DNA of 64,000 bases from Eledone cirrhosa (taxonomy: Eukaryota), in contig OZ024743.1 in NCBI GenBank assembly GCA_964016885.1, positions 32,612,001-32,676,000 on the forward strand, written 5' to 3'. Numbering within the stretch: the stretch's first letter is position 1; every line of letters begins with the position of its first letter. Positions 1 to 13,143 of this stretch are shown one piece after another. Under the pieces are notes generated by a model that worked only from the letters and a program-made list of their open reading frames with translations, was not told the DNA's origin and searched no databases. A program made the position numbers and the translations under genes.

Positions 1-177
1 TCCGAGGCCGCCTTGAGGCCGTCATCAAAGCCAATGGCGGGTTTATAGAGTGAGATCGAAAGAACAAGTCATGAAGACAAACTGACCCAAGTTTGATAAA
101 TATATCTTAAAAAATAAAACTACTGTGTTACCTTTTCCTAGACAGTAATCTTGCGAACAAATATTGTCTGCACCCTG
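1..177 (+). mobile_element. 3' end of a Tc1/mariner-superfamily DNA transposon (transposase C-terminus plus right TIR)
   Basis: Frame 3 (3-53) reads RGRLEAVIKANGGFIE*, a typical Tc1/mariner (maT-like) transposase end. The element ends in CACCCTG followed by TA (178-179), i.e. a CAGGGTG-type TIR with a TA target. Confidence 0.75.
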
Positions 178-269
178 TATGTATATATATATAGTATGTA
201 TATGTATGTATGAAGGTATATGTATGTATGTATGCATATGTATTTATGTGTATGTATGTATGTATATCT

Positions 270-815
270 AGGAGAGGAAATTGCATTGGTATGGACATGT
301 GATGCATATAAAAGGTGACAGTTGCATAAAAAGGTGCAGAGCACCAAAAGTCGCTGGCAGCCTTGGAATGGGGAGACCCAAGAAGACCTGGAATGAGTTG
401 ATAAAAACTGACTTTTCTCAATTGCACCTGTCAAAGGCGATGACACAGAACCAAGACCTCTGGGGTTATGCAGTAATACAGAAGACCTGAATTCCCACAG
501 GTACAAGCTGAAGCTGAAGCATATAGACAATATGCTCCCATGCCCCTCCCACTGTATAGTGGTCATGTAGGTGTCACGATTAAAAGCACCCAGTCCGCAC
601 TGTAAAGTGATTGTGTAGGCACCACTGTAAAAAAGCATCCACTACTCACTGTAAATGAGGTTGGTGTTAGGAAGGGCATCCAGCTATAGAAACTGAGCCA
701 AAATCAGTCCTGTATGAGCAAGACATGGTCACCTGACCTGGCATTGCCCACAACAGGACAATTCGTCTAACCCATGCTAGTGTGGAAACATTGATATAAA
801 ACGGTGATGATGAAG
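270..815 (+). mobile_element. 5'-truncated RTE LINE 3' fragment (family C)
   Basis: Encodes HWYGHVMH...GRPKKTW, the RTE C-terminus. The 3'UTR is homologous to 1233-1560 and ends in a short GATGAT tail. Confidence 0.85.
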
Positions 816-830
816 ATATATGTATGTATA

Positions 831-886
<56 letters not shown>

Positions 887-897
887 TACATATATAT

Positions 898-1229
898 ATC
901 ATCATCATCATTTTACGTCCGCTTTTCCCTGCTTGCAAGGGTGGGACGGGAACTGATTCTGGCTTGATTTCTACAGCTGGATGCCCTTCCTAACACCAAC
1001 CTTGTTTACAGTGAGTGGTGGGTGCTTTTTTGCAGTGGCACCTCCACGAGCACTTTACAGTGGAATGATATGGACCCCAGTCCCTATCATTTCATTTCTA
1101 CAGCTGAGTAAATTGGAGCAATGTGAAATAAAGTGTCTTGCTCAAGGAAACAACACATCACCCGGTCTGAGAACTCACAACCTTTCGATTGCAAGGCCAA
1201 TGCTCTAACGACTAAGCCATGTGCCTCCA
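898..1229 (-). mobile_element. tRNA-derived CORE-like SINE with an RTE-type 3' tail
   Basis: The minus strand begins GGAGGCACATGGCTTAGTCGTTAGAGC (A box) followed by a partial B box. A CORE-like block (CCTTGAGCAAGACACTTTATTTCACA...CTGTAGAAATG) follows, then the tail CCCTTGCAAGCAGGGAAAAGCGGACGTAAAA(TGA)n. Same family as 48005-48680. Confidence 0.8.
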
Positions 1230-1232
1230 TAT

Positions 1233-2441
1233 ATCATCATCATCACCGTTTTACGTCCGTTCTTCCATGCTAGCATGGGTTAGATGGGTTGCCCTGTTGT
1301 GAGCAGTGTCTGGTCGGCTGACCATGCCTTGCTCATACAGGAACTGATTTTGGCTTGATTTCTACAGCTGGATGCCCTTCCTAATACCAACCTCATTTAC
1401 AGTGAGTGCTGGGTGCTTTTTCCATGGCGCCTACACGTCCACTTTACAGTGTGGGCTGGGTGCTTTTTTGCCGTGGCACCTCCACGACCACTTTGCAGTG
1501 GAAGGGTGTGGGGGGCATATTGTCTATATGCTTCAGCTTGTACCCTTGGGGGGGTCAGGTATTCTGTATTACTGCATGACACCAGAGGTCACGGTTGTGT
1601 GTCATCGCCTTTGAGAGGTGTAATTGGGTAAGGTCGGCTTTTATCACCTCATCCCAGGTCTTTTTGGGTCTCCCCATTCCGCAGTTTCCATTGACTTCTA
1701 GTGCTCTGCACCTTTTTATGCAGCTGTCATCCTTCATATGCATCACATGTCCATACCAACGCAACCGCCTCTCCTGCACACAGCATTTGATTCCTCTTAT
1801 GCTCAGTCTCTCTCTCAATTTATTTATGCTTTGCCGTTCGCGTATATTACTATTACACATCCATCGGAGCATGCAGGCTTCGTTTCTTTCTAATCTACAT
1901 AAGTCTGCTACCTTCAGCGCCCAGGTCTCACTACCATGTAACATTGCTGTTTGTCAACACGCATCATACAGTCTGCCTTTCATTTTGAGGGAAAAGCCTT
2001 TTGCAGCTAGCAGTGGCAGTAGTTCCCTGAACTTCTTCCATCCTGTTCTTACCCTAGTTATTGTACTTTCTGAACACCCACCTCCGCTGCTAATTCGGTC
2101 ACGTAGGTAGCAGAAGCTGTCTACTGTTTCTACAGAGCCCTCCCAGAGATTGGTGGTACTTGTTTCCTGTGGCTGTTTGCTGCTTGCTGTCCCAGCACAG
2201 CTGCTACCTGTGAAGCCTACATTCTTAATTAAGCTTCCTGAGATCCCACTACATCTCTTGTGTACCCATTGTTTGCATTTGGGGCAGAGAATGGAGTTCC
2301 TACCTACACCTTTCCTACATACTAAGCAAGGCCATTTCCCTGAGGGGATCTGGGTTCTGTTTTCTAGTCTACTTACAAGGACCTTAGTCTTTGTCAGGTT
2401 GACTTTGAGACCCTTTCTTTCTAGTCCCTGCTTCGAAGTTT
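1233..2441 (-). mobile_element. 5'-truncated RTE LINE (family C) with late RT motifs, PHD-like finger, C-terminus and 3'UTR
   Basis: ORFs 1954-2511 and 1555-1944 give GLKVNLTKTKVL, CLVC..CPKC..WVHKRC, FCYL, LHGSETW and RLRWYGHV, split by one stop. A (GAT)n tail lies at 1233-1245. Confidence 0.9.
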
Positions 2442-2464
2442 GGAATATATATATATGTATGTAT

Positions 2465-2838
2465 ATCATCATCATCATCACCGTTTTACGTCCGTTCTTC
2501 CATGCTAGCATGGGTTAGACGGGTTGTCCTGTTGTGGGCAGTGTCTGGTCGGCTGAGCTTGTCTTGCTCATACAGGAACTGATTCTGGCTTGATTTCTAC
2601 AGCTGGATGCCCTTCCTAACCTCATTTACAGTGAGTGCTGGGTGCTTTTTTCCATGGCATCTACACATCCACCTTACAGTGTGGGCTGGATGCTTTTTTG
2701 CCATGGCACCTCCACGACCAATTTGCAGTTGGAGGGTGTGGGGCATATTGTCTATATGCTTCAGCTTCAGCTTGTACCCATGAAAGGTCGGCTACTCTGT
2801 ATTACTGCGTGATGGCAGAGGTCACGGTCGTGTGTCGT
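2465..2838 (-). mobile_element. Second 3'UTR-only copy of RTE family C
   Basis: Near-duplicate of 1233-1605, including the (GAT)n tail. Confidence 0.8.
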
Positions 2839-3022
2839 ATATATTATAGATTATTTGTGTTTGTATCTAGGTATAGTATGGTGCAGTAGATACTGTAATT
2901 GTTTCTTGAATAGTCTTTAAAAATTACTGCTGACCATGATTGCTCTGATTAAGATATTTTGTTTTATTTTTTTCATTTTTTACTATTTTATTCAATGATG
3001 AAAGTAGAGCTCAGGATTTTAA

Positions 3023-3242
3023 CCCTTTAGCATTTAAATTGGCCATATCTGGCCAGAATTCTCTCATCTCTTTCTGTTCAAACCGGCCATAACTGGCCAC
3101 TCATACTGATGTTATGGTATTGTTCTCAAAATAAGTAATATCAAAATCTCATAGATACAATATTATGTGAGATATTAATTGAGGTAAAGCCTTTACTCTG
3201 AAAATACGACAGTATATACAGAGTACTGTAAATGCTAAAGGG
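3023..3242. mobile_element. piggyBac-type MITE (about 220 bp)
   Basis: TIRs CCCTTTAGCATTTA/TAAATGCTAAAGGG, flanked by TTAA on both sides (3019-3022, 3243-3246). Five further copies occur in the window. Confidence 0.85.
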
Positions 3243-3443
3243 TTAAAGACTAATGTGTGAGAAGTAAGATGGTATCTTCAAAATGGAGACATTGTCCAAA
3301 TACTTACATCAAAGCAGACTCTGTTAAAGGCATCTAAGGGCAAGGGTGGTGTCCAACTGAGCAACAGATTAAATCTACTACAGAATTTTTCTGTTTTAAC
3401 ACTCAGTCTTATTGTTTGTTTTGATATTAAATATTTTGTTTAA

Positions 3444-3483
<40 letters not shown>

Positions 3484-4038
3484 TTTGTTTAAGTATATAT
3501 ATATATATGATACAAAAATATTGTAAAAAATGCTAGGAATTCAGTCCTGACCAATATGTATCTATAGCACATAGAATACTTATGGACCTGTAACTCCTGG
3601 TGGAATCATGAGAGCATGATTTTGAAAAACATCATGCCTTGGGCATTGGAGAACTGGGTAAGACCATCCCTTCCAGAGAAGGAGAGTGAGAGAGAGAGAG
3701 TGGGAAGAAATAAAAAGAGATATAGTGGAAGAACCAACACCAAGAGGATGAAAGGGAAAATTTACATAGACAGAATTTGAACTTATGGTGCAATAAAGAA
3801 TGAATATCACAAAGCATTTTATCTAACATTTTAATGACTGTCAATTCACTGCCTTACCATATAGAAATATAGCACAAACACACATACTAAAATAGAATCA
3901 GAGAATAACCCTTTCAGAATAGGAACAGCATAGAGACACAAAAGTTGAGACTAATTACATATCTCAGAAATATACACATTTAACAGAAAATAATAACGAT
4001 CCATCTCGCTTTTTAAGTCACCATTGAAGACTTAATTC

Positions 4039-4090
4039 TGTCAGTACCTCACTATATAAGACTTAATTCTTATATAGTGAGGTACTGACA
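4039..4090. repeat. Perfect 23-bp inverted repeat with a 6-nt spacer
   Basis: TGTCAGTACCTCACTATATAAGA-cttaat-TCTTATATAGTGAGGTACTGACA. Confidence 0.9.
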
Positions 4091-4754
4091 TGGCCGTGTT
4101 AATAAGCAGTTCATTTAAAAATCATGTTTCATGTTCACTCACACTGCATGTTAACTTAGACAAGTGTCTTCTACTATAGTATCAAGATGACCATTGTCTT
4201 GAGAGTGAAATTTGGTAGACAAAGACAAAAGTTGTAGAAGCTTATCATATGTGTATGTATCTGTGTCACTATGCCTGTATTTATGGCTGTTTTTGTCTGT
4301 GTTTATTTTCTATAAGTTAGAAGTGTGACAGAAAAAGGTCGATAATATATGTACAATCCTTGATATAATTGATTGAACCCCTTAAGGCAGTACTCCAGCA
4401 TGGCTGCTGTCTAATGACTGAAACCAGTAAAAGAGTAAAAGAAAAATTAATGTATTTAGAGAAAGTCAATTTGGTGGTGCTCTTACACCTAAAAGCTACA
4501 TTTCTAGATGCAGTTGAACTTAGCACTGCTAGCTTATAAAACACTTGTTGATTTTGTAGTTCTTGTTTACAGTAGTAAGTTGCTTCTGCCATGTCATATC
4601 TGCTTTACAGGTAAGCAAACTGGGTTATTTGAGAATGAAATTTCTGTATGATAGTCAGATATTGCACAGTGCTAGTAGCAGCAGGATATGAATCATTGAC
4701 AGTTAGGCTGATTGAGCCAACACCCAGCAGTTGTTATAGCTTATAATTAGGCAG

Positions 4755-5065
4755 GTGTGAAGGTACATAGCTTAATAGTTATGGGGCTTGGCTCATAATC
4801 GTAAGGATGTGAGTTCAATTCTTTGAGCTAAGCACTTTATTTCATGTTACTTCAGTCCACTCAACTGAAAAAAAAATGTGTTGTACATGTAATTCAATAG
4901 GCCTGCCTTGTCACATACTGTATCATGTTAAATCACCCTGAGAATACATTGAGGATACACGTGTTTATGGAATGCTCAGCCACTTGCACATTAATTTCAC
5001 AAGCATGCAGCTATATTGATCAAACAACTGGCACACTCATCATTGGTACTGATGGAAGTTCAACA
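4755..5065 (+). mobile_element. Decayed tRNA/CORE-like SINE
   Basis: A/B-box remnants (GAGTTCAATTC) and the CORE-like AAGCACTTTATTTCA block. The body matches the reverse complement of 60655-60978. Confidence 0.65.
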
Positions 5066-6928
5066 ACTAGCAGCATATGCAAGTTTATGTGGCCTTCTAT
5101 GTGGTTGCATCTCATAAGAGGCCTCTTGAGTGTTTTAATGAATCCAATACCCTAACCATTAAAACATGTACCTTCAGATACTCAATACAGTTAGCCATCC
5201 AAGTCTCTCAAAATCTATACACAAAAATATTTCTACTTTAAATTCCATACTGAAACTGAACATTATCAGAATATGTTTAAAAGCAAAAAAGAATACACAC
5301 ACATATGCAAAATACTGTTTATTTACACTTTAGACTTATATTTTGTGTCTGTTGAATATCTTTTTTCCACAAAAGTAATAGCCTATTCTTAGACTACTAT
5401 TTTTAAAAATGTTGCTTTGTGAAAGAAAGAAAAATGAAGAACATTTTTCTGTTTTCTTTCTCTGTTTGTTCCTCAACCTTTTATCTATTTATATATAGTA
5501 TCATAACTGTTTTCAAGTGCATCACTTAGTCTGATTTTTTTTCTCCAAAACAGAAAAAGAATCTCAGCATATAACAATGACCTGTCTCGAGGTGTTCTCC
5601 TGTTAAGAGATGCTACAGTATTTCACTGAAATTGTTTACCTCCCATTATACATTTTAACTTTGGTTTGGCTGTAGTACACACATGCACACATGAAGTGAA
5701 GTCTATTTGTTGTGGAGGAAAGGATGAACATGGCAACTACAACAATTCTGGTTTATTATATATAGCTTTACTTCACCTCACAAAAGGAAAAAAACTCTAC
5801 TGCTTCAAATCTTAATGATTACAGTGTTCAATAATGATTATAGTGTTCAATAAGGCCTTGGTGTTGTGCAAGAATTCACTTTTTTACTTTGAGCTGTTCC
5901 CTTAAAAAGTGACAAGCTTAGTAAGGCAGCCCTTCTATTACCATAGAAATAGTTGTAGTAGTCATTATGTGGCAGACTGTGCTGTCAGACAGGCAATGTG
6001 GCAGAGAATGCTAGGGCTTCAACGGCAGTGTATTTATATTGACCTCTGCAGAAACAGATAGCCTTTAGAAAATGTCCTCTTTCATAAAATTGGTGCCATG
6101 AGTCCTTCCATGAGGGAAATTTATCTATTGCCTTCCCTGCGATGTCACAAGTCAATCATTTGGTGGTCTCAACCATGAGGGAAAAACACCACGGGAAAAT
6201 ATTTCTTTCACTACATATACACACACAAATATATATATATATATATATATTTCATCCAGAAGTTGAGGCAAAGTAAAGATGGTCTTGAAACAGTAATGGA
6301 CTTAACCAAATACAGTTTGCATCTTTCATGTTGCTATGACAGGGTTCAAAATTTATAAGACTGTGATGGCTACAGATCTTATATCATATAAACCAACACT
6401 TTATGCGAATCTTAATATCATATCCTGGTCCCAAAATGTATTACTCTTGGATAGGGCCAATATTTAGATGTGTTTTACTTCTGGACACATTGTTTTCATA
6501 CCACATGAGAATGATTTTATATCTAGAAGTGATGATTTATCACCTGACACTCCTAATTCTGTTCATTTTAAAAATTGTTCTAAGAACTAAAGCATTTCAA
6601 TTATATTATATTCAATAATAGCCTCAAATAAATTAAAACTCTTTTCACTTTCACTTAATCCAGTATTCTTATTAAATATACATGAATTAGCTATATAACC
6701 TTTACACAATTAAATTGTGGAATATACTATTCATAGTGAGTGTGTATGTAGCAAAGTTCATTAGACAATTGACTGCAATAAATGTTTTTGAAAAAAAATT
6801 CATTTCTTACATGAAAGATAAATTTTCAAGAGAAATCCAATAATGTTATATGAAACCGAATGTGCCTTCATGAGGAACAATGCTAGACATTTATAGCTAT
6901 GGTATGTCTTGGCAATGCCAGGGATTCT

Positions 6929-6932
<4 letters not shown>

Positions 6933-7009
<77 letters not shown>

Positions 7010-7574
7010 TTGTATATAGATGTATGTATATATATATGTTTGTATATAGATGTATGTATATATATATGTTTGTATATAGATGTATGTATATATATATGTT
7101 TGTATATAGATGCATATATATATATTTGTATATAGATGCATGTATATATATATGTATATATATATGTATATATATATATGTATATATATATGTATATATA
7201 TATGTATATATATATATGTATATATATATATGTATATATATATATGTATATATATATATGTATATATATATATGTATATATATATATGTATGTATATAGA
7301 TGTATGTATATAGATGTATGTATATAGATGTATGTATATAGATGTATGTATATAGATGTATATATATATATATATGTATGTATATAGATGTATATATATA
7401 TATATATGTATGTATATAGATGTATATATATATATATATGTATGTATATAGATGTATGTATATATATATATATATATATGTATGTATATAGATGTATGTA
7501 TATATATATATATATATATGTATGTATATAGATGTATGTATATATATATATATATGTATGTATATAGATGTATG

Positions 7575-7605
<31 letters not shown>

Positions 7606-7920
7606 ATAGATGTATGTATATATATATATATATGTATGTATATGTATCTATGTATATAGATGTATGTATATATATATATATATGTATGTATATAGATGTA
7701 TGTATATAGATGTATGTATATATATATATATATGTATGTATATAGATGTATGTATATATATATATATATGTATGTATATAGATGTATGTATATATATATA
7801 TATATGTATGTATATAGATGTATGTATATATATATATATATGTATGTATATAGATGTATGTATATATATATATATATGTATGTATATAGATGTATGTATA
7901 TATATATATATAGATGTATG

Positions 7921-7951
<31 letters not shown>

Positions 7952-8172
7952 ATAGATGTATGTATATATATATATATATGTATGTATATAGATGTATGTA
8001 TATATATATATATATGTATGTATATAGATGTATGTATATATATATATATATATGTATGTATATAGATGTATGTATATATATATGTATGTATATAGATGTA
8101 TGTATATATATATATATATATGTATGTATATAGATGTATGTGTATATATATATATATGTATGTATATAGATG

Positions 8173-8213
<41 letters not shown>

Positions 8214-8220
8214 ATAGATG

Positions 8221-8259
<39 letters not shown>

Positions 8260-8925
8260 ATAGATGTATGTATATATATATATATATATATGTATGTATA
8301 TAGATGTATGTATATATATATATATATATGTATGTATATAGATGTATGTATATATATATATATATGTATGTATATAGATGTATGTATATATATATATATA
8401 TGTATGCATATAGATGTATGTATATATATATATATATGTATGCATATAGATGTATGTGTGTATATATATATAGATGTATGTGTGTATATATATGTATGTA
8501 TATAGATGTATGTGTGTATATATGTATGTATATAGATGTATGTGTATATATGTATGTATATAGATATATGTGTATATATATATGTATGTATATAGATGTA
8601 TGTGTATATATGTATGTATATAGATGTGTGTGTATATATATATGTATGTATATAGATGTATATATATATTATATATATATATATGTATGTATATAGATGT
8701 ATGTGTATATATATATGTATGTATATAGATGTATGTGTATATATATATGTATGTATATATATTATATATATATATATATGTTTGTATATAGATGTGTGTG
8801 TATATATATATGTATGTATATAGATGTATATATATATATGTTTGTATATAGATGTATATATATATTATATATATATATATGTATGTATATATGTGTATAT
8901 GTGTGTGTGTATATGTATGTATGTG
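6933..8925. repeat. About 2 kb compound microsatellite: (TA)n, (TG)n and TATGTATATAGATG units
   Basis: Visible directly. It generates the spurious MYVYIY ORFs. Confidence 0.95.
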
Positions 8926-9090
8926 TAAAGTTGATGATTCCTTCCACTGCTACTCAGTGTTTCTCATTAATCGAGATCTGCCATCTTGTCAGCTGAAGGA
9001 TTTTACCTAGCCAGAAAATGTAAGTAATGACATAATGAATTATCAGATTTAAATGAATAAATTTAACTGCTTCTACTTTTATTATATATG

Positions 9091-9245
9091 AAGGCAGCAA
9101 ATTGGCAAAATCATTAGAACATTAGATAAAATGCTTCGTCATATTTGTCCCAGCTCTGAGTTCAAGACATGCTTAGATTAACTTTACCTTTTATCCTTTT
9201 GAAGTCGATAAATAAAATATGAATTCAGTACTGGGATAGATTCTT
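9091..9245 (+). mobile_element. Decayed tRNA-related SINE (second SINE family)
   Basis: TGGCAAAATCATTAG...CTGAGTTCAAG...ACTTTACCTTTTATCCTTTTGAAGTCGATAAA, homologous to 20118-20293. Confidence 0.6.
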
Positions 9246-12200
9246 ACTTTCTTTCTCTCTCTCATCCTCTCTCTCTCACTCTCTCTCTCATCCGCTCTCT
9301 CACTCTCACCCTCTCTCTCACTTAGTTGCTTGATGAAATTGGCTGTGCTCAGACCTGGAGAGGGATTGATGCCACCAGGTTTACATGCTCAAAGCCTGCT
9401 ATATATCGATTGGGACATCATATGATTCCACCTGGCGTTGTGACCATTACCTGGTATATATGTATATATATACATATATGTATGTATATATATATATATA
9501 TCTATATATCTATATATCTATATATATATATATCTATATACGTATGTATATATCCTGTCTTTGTCACCCCTTATAGATCAACATTGGATTAGGTGGATGA
9601 GCTACAACTTTGCTGCTATTTGATAGTGAGTTTGATTTGTGTGAAGAAAGAGTTGTAAGTTCAAGCCACTCAGTGTTTGGTCTTCAAAGCCTCTGTATCC
9701 ATGGCATAACTGTGCTAAAACAATTGGTTGTGTGTCTGGTGTTTCCAAATTAAAAAAAATGCCAGTGCCACAGTTTCTTATGGACTGCCTTGTAACATTT
9801 TAGGTTAATGGGAGATGAGGATATAATATGCAAAATAATTTATATTTGAGCTCAACCTCTGGGTGTCTGTCCTTTTTAACATCAACAATGTTATCAAACA
9901 AAGCTTGCACACACCCTGTTCTCAATGTATATATAACTGATGTGCTGATGTAAATCCACCATGAATGCAAACTTAGAGTTACTATATAATACAGATAAAA
10001 GAACTTTTCAATCTATAAAATCATATATTGCCAAACCAAATACCTACATCCATGATCTGAGCTGTGATATGCCAAATGCAGTGCCCCTTTCCTTACCATA
10101 TTTCATATGCCTATGGTTATCATTGAATTTTTAATATGATAAAACATTTGGAAGTGTATATATAACTTCTTCATTATGAAGTTCATGTATACAAAACATC
10201 CTAAAAGGTTCTTACAAAAAATTATGATAGAAGATTTAAATTTAAACAGGAACACTTTTAAACAAGGCGTTTTTCTCCATACGACCAAGGGCAGTTTCAA
10301 AGAAGTTGATATCAAATAGCTTAAGTAAATTTGATCTACAAACTACCTCTGATGTATTTGTTAGTGAGGAAAAACATCTAAAAATCACAATCAACATATC
10401 ATATATATATATATATATATACATGACTGTGGTTAAGAAATTTGATTCACAACTACAAGGCTTTGTTTTTAATTCCACTATATGCTCCCTTCAACAAGTA
10501 TCTTCTTCTATAGACTTGGGCAGATCGATATTTCATGAGGGAAAATTAGTAGATAGATATTATGCAGGAGCCTGCCATGTACCCATGTGTGTAATGGGGT
10601 TTCCACACATACCTTCACATAGATATCTTTCTTTATTTGCCACAGTGGCTTACAAAAATGGAACATTACAAGACGTGACGGCAGGCATTTTACATAAAAT
10701 CTTTAACAATGATGACTAACAATAAACTATATATAAAATAAAACAATCGAAATCCCCATTAGGAGGGGGGGGGCGTTACTGCGGGGTTGTTTTACGCCCA
10801 TGGATGGAACAACCCTCAACACCAGGAACACGTTTTGTAGGCGTTCCCCTCTTCCCTCTATTTATCTTCCTCAACCTACAGGCTTATATACAGAGAAGGC
10901 CCATTGACTCGGGCCATTTTCACCACATTCACCCACCTTTCAGCGAATTCACATAGGTAGATAGATATATAGATATGTATGTGATGTTTATAATTATGTG
11001 TATAAACACATAAATTCATGTATATGTGTGAGTTGATTCTAGAGATATTATTTACATTATATCCTTATAAGGTTAACAAATCTGCTTGTTAAGAAAAACT
11101 TTCTGTGTTACAAATAGATGTTTAGCAGCTTTAAATGTTATTATTACCTATAATCCTACACTGAAATAATTGTTAGATAAGTCAGATAACCTGGATCATC
11201 ATCATCTAATGTCCATTTTCCCCTTTGAACAAAATATCCACATATATTTGAAGGCTACACTGGACAGTTTAATACTTACATGTCAAGCATAAATGTTCAA
11301 ACTGCAAGTAAAATTGGTCTACTATCAAAATATATGAGAGGAAATATGACAAAACTTGAAGTATTAATCATATTAAGTTATTAAGCTATAGATTACTAGA
11401 AACAAGATTCTGGGGATTAGCTCTTTTTTTTTTTTTTTTTGTCTTTCTTTAGCTATATTAAAAATAATGCAAGAAACTGAATATCCTGTAACCTCTGTTC
11501 GATGTGGTTGGGATGGGATCCAAAAGAGTATTTAAGCTATATGTCCAATAAACCATTATAACTATGCTACAAGTAAGACATTTTGTGTTAGAGAATTAGG
11601 TCTCTTGATTAAAATTTCCTTATAATAAGGGTTTTGAATTGTGCTTCAACAGGATCTCACTAGACACACATCATCCAAGTTCTTTAATGCTTAACCTTTT
11701 TCATACCAAACCAACTGAAACTGGCCATTGTTCTGTAGAACAATGCTGTTTATTTCAGAGCGTATATCTATCTAAAAGTGTTCCATCATAATTTCATGTA
11801 AGATAAATAATGGACTTAGAATATGATCTCCTATCGTTAAAAAAAAAACAAGAAATCTCCTGTGAGATGCAACCTTATAGGAGGCCAGTTAAACCTGTTC
11901 ATGTGTGAGATTTAAAAACAATTGTGAGGTGTACATGGTCAAGACACTTAACTCTCATATTACTAAATCAACTTTGTTGAAAGTAAGTATTATATAGAAA
12001 TATAGTTCATTGTAGTTAACAGCAGTACCCCTGTAAGATAACAAGTGGTTTGTTAGATTGCTATGTTGAATTCAACTCATGCACCGAGTATAATATACAT
12101 AGGAATAGAATCTACCAAGCTGATTTGGGCTAGACACTTTACAAGAAAAGAAAATATACAGTAGTGTCCCTATGACCAAGAAGATATAAATCTCAGCATT

Positions 12201-12849
12201 AATCCCTTCTTGATATATAAGAGCTCATGCAGTGATTAAATATGGTTTCATAAATATGAAGCGGATGAGTGGAATAATCTCCTTTAAAATTCCTGGTGTG
12301 TTTATATATAAATGATCTGAAACATATGAAGTAATGTCTGCAGTGATATGTTAACTTGACATGTCTAAGCTTCTTGATGAAGAAGAGACACACAGGTCAA
12401 GAGACATTGATAGGTGATGAAAGGACCTTGACAATATATTTATTAATTTATTTGTCAAGTCATAGATGGATTAATTACCTGATAGTCAATGAAAACCCTA
12501 AGTGAATATCACCTGGTTTATGTGCATGACCCTCCCAAAATACAGCTATATTTGTTTCAACAAACAATTTCAAACCAAGAATCTTGCAAAACATATACAA
12601 AAATATATTTTTGTAAATTTTCAATTATATTCCTATGTGTGAGGATAAATATTATTTTTCTGCTCAAGTTACTGACATTTACAGGTTGGTAACATTTCTA
12701 GTTCTAACTATTTAACTGAAAAGTAGAAGTGGTACATTTTATGTCAATAAAATTAAGCCAACACACTTATGTACCCATTATTTGAGGCATAGCCCATTGG
12801 AAGAAGTCATACCTAAACTACTGAGCTCAGCAATCCAACACCATGATAT

Positions 12850-13105
12850 AATAACCATTATGCTTCTACCGGCTCACTCTGTAAAGTGGTAGTACTGGTG
12901 CCACGACACAATCTACCCAGCTCACACTGTAAATTGGGAGTGCTGATGCCACAATAAAATGCATCCTACCCACATAATACTGTACATAGTTCAAGACAAG
13001 CCAAAAACCAAACATGTGAGCAAGACATGGTTGCCTGACCTGTCTAGTCTCAGAACATAAAAACATGGCTAATCCATGCCAGCATAGAAAATAGACAGGG
13101 TGATA
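12850..13105 (+). mobile_element. Old RTE 3'UTR remnant
   Basis: Contains CACTGTAAA modules, GAGCAAGACATGG and the terminal hairpin CCATGCCAGCATAG, homologous to the RTE tails. Confidence 0.5.

Positions 13106-13143
<38 letters not shown>

Noticed and set aside
6800-8996. Many long YIYI/MYVY ORFs here and at 31417-33983, 37387-37781 and 45055-47509
   Set aside because: They are translations of TA/TG microsatellites and are not genes.
11453-11572. Candidate 120-bp exon with a polypyrimidine-AG acceptor and GTAAG donor
   Set aside because: All three frames contain stops and no partner exons were found. It could only be a non-coding exon, which the sequence alone cannot support.
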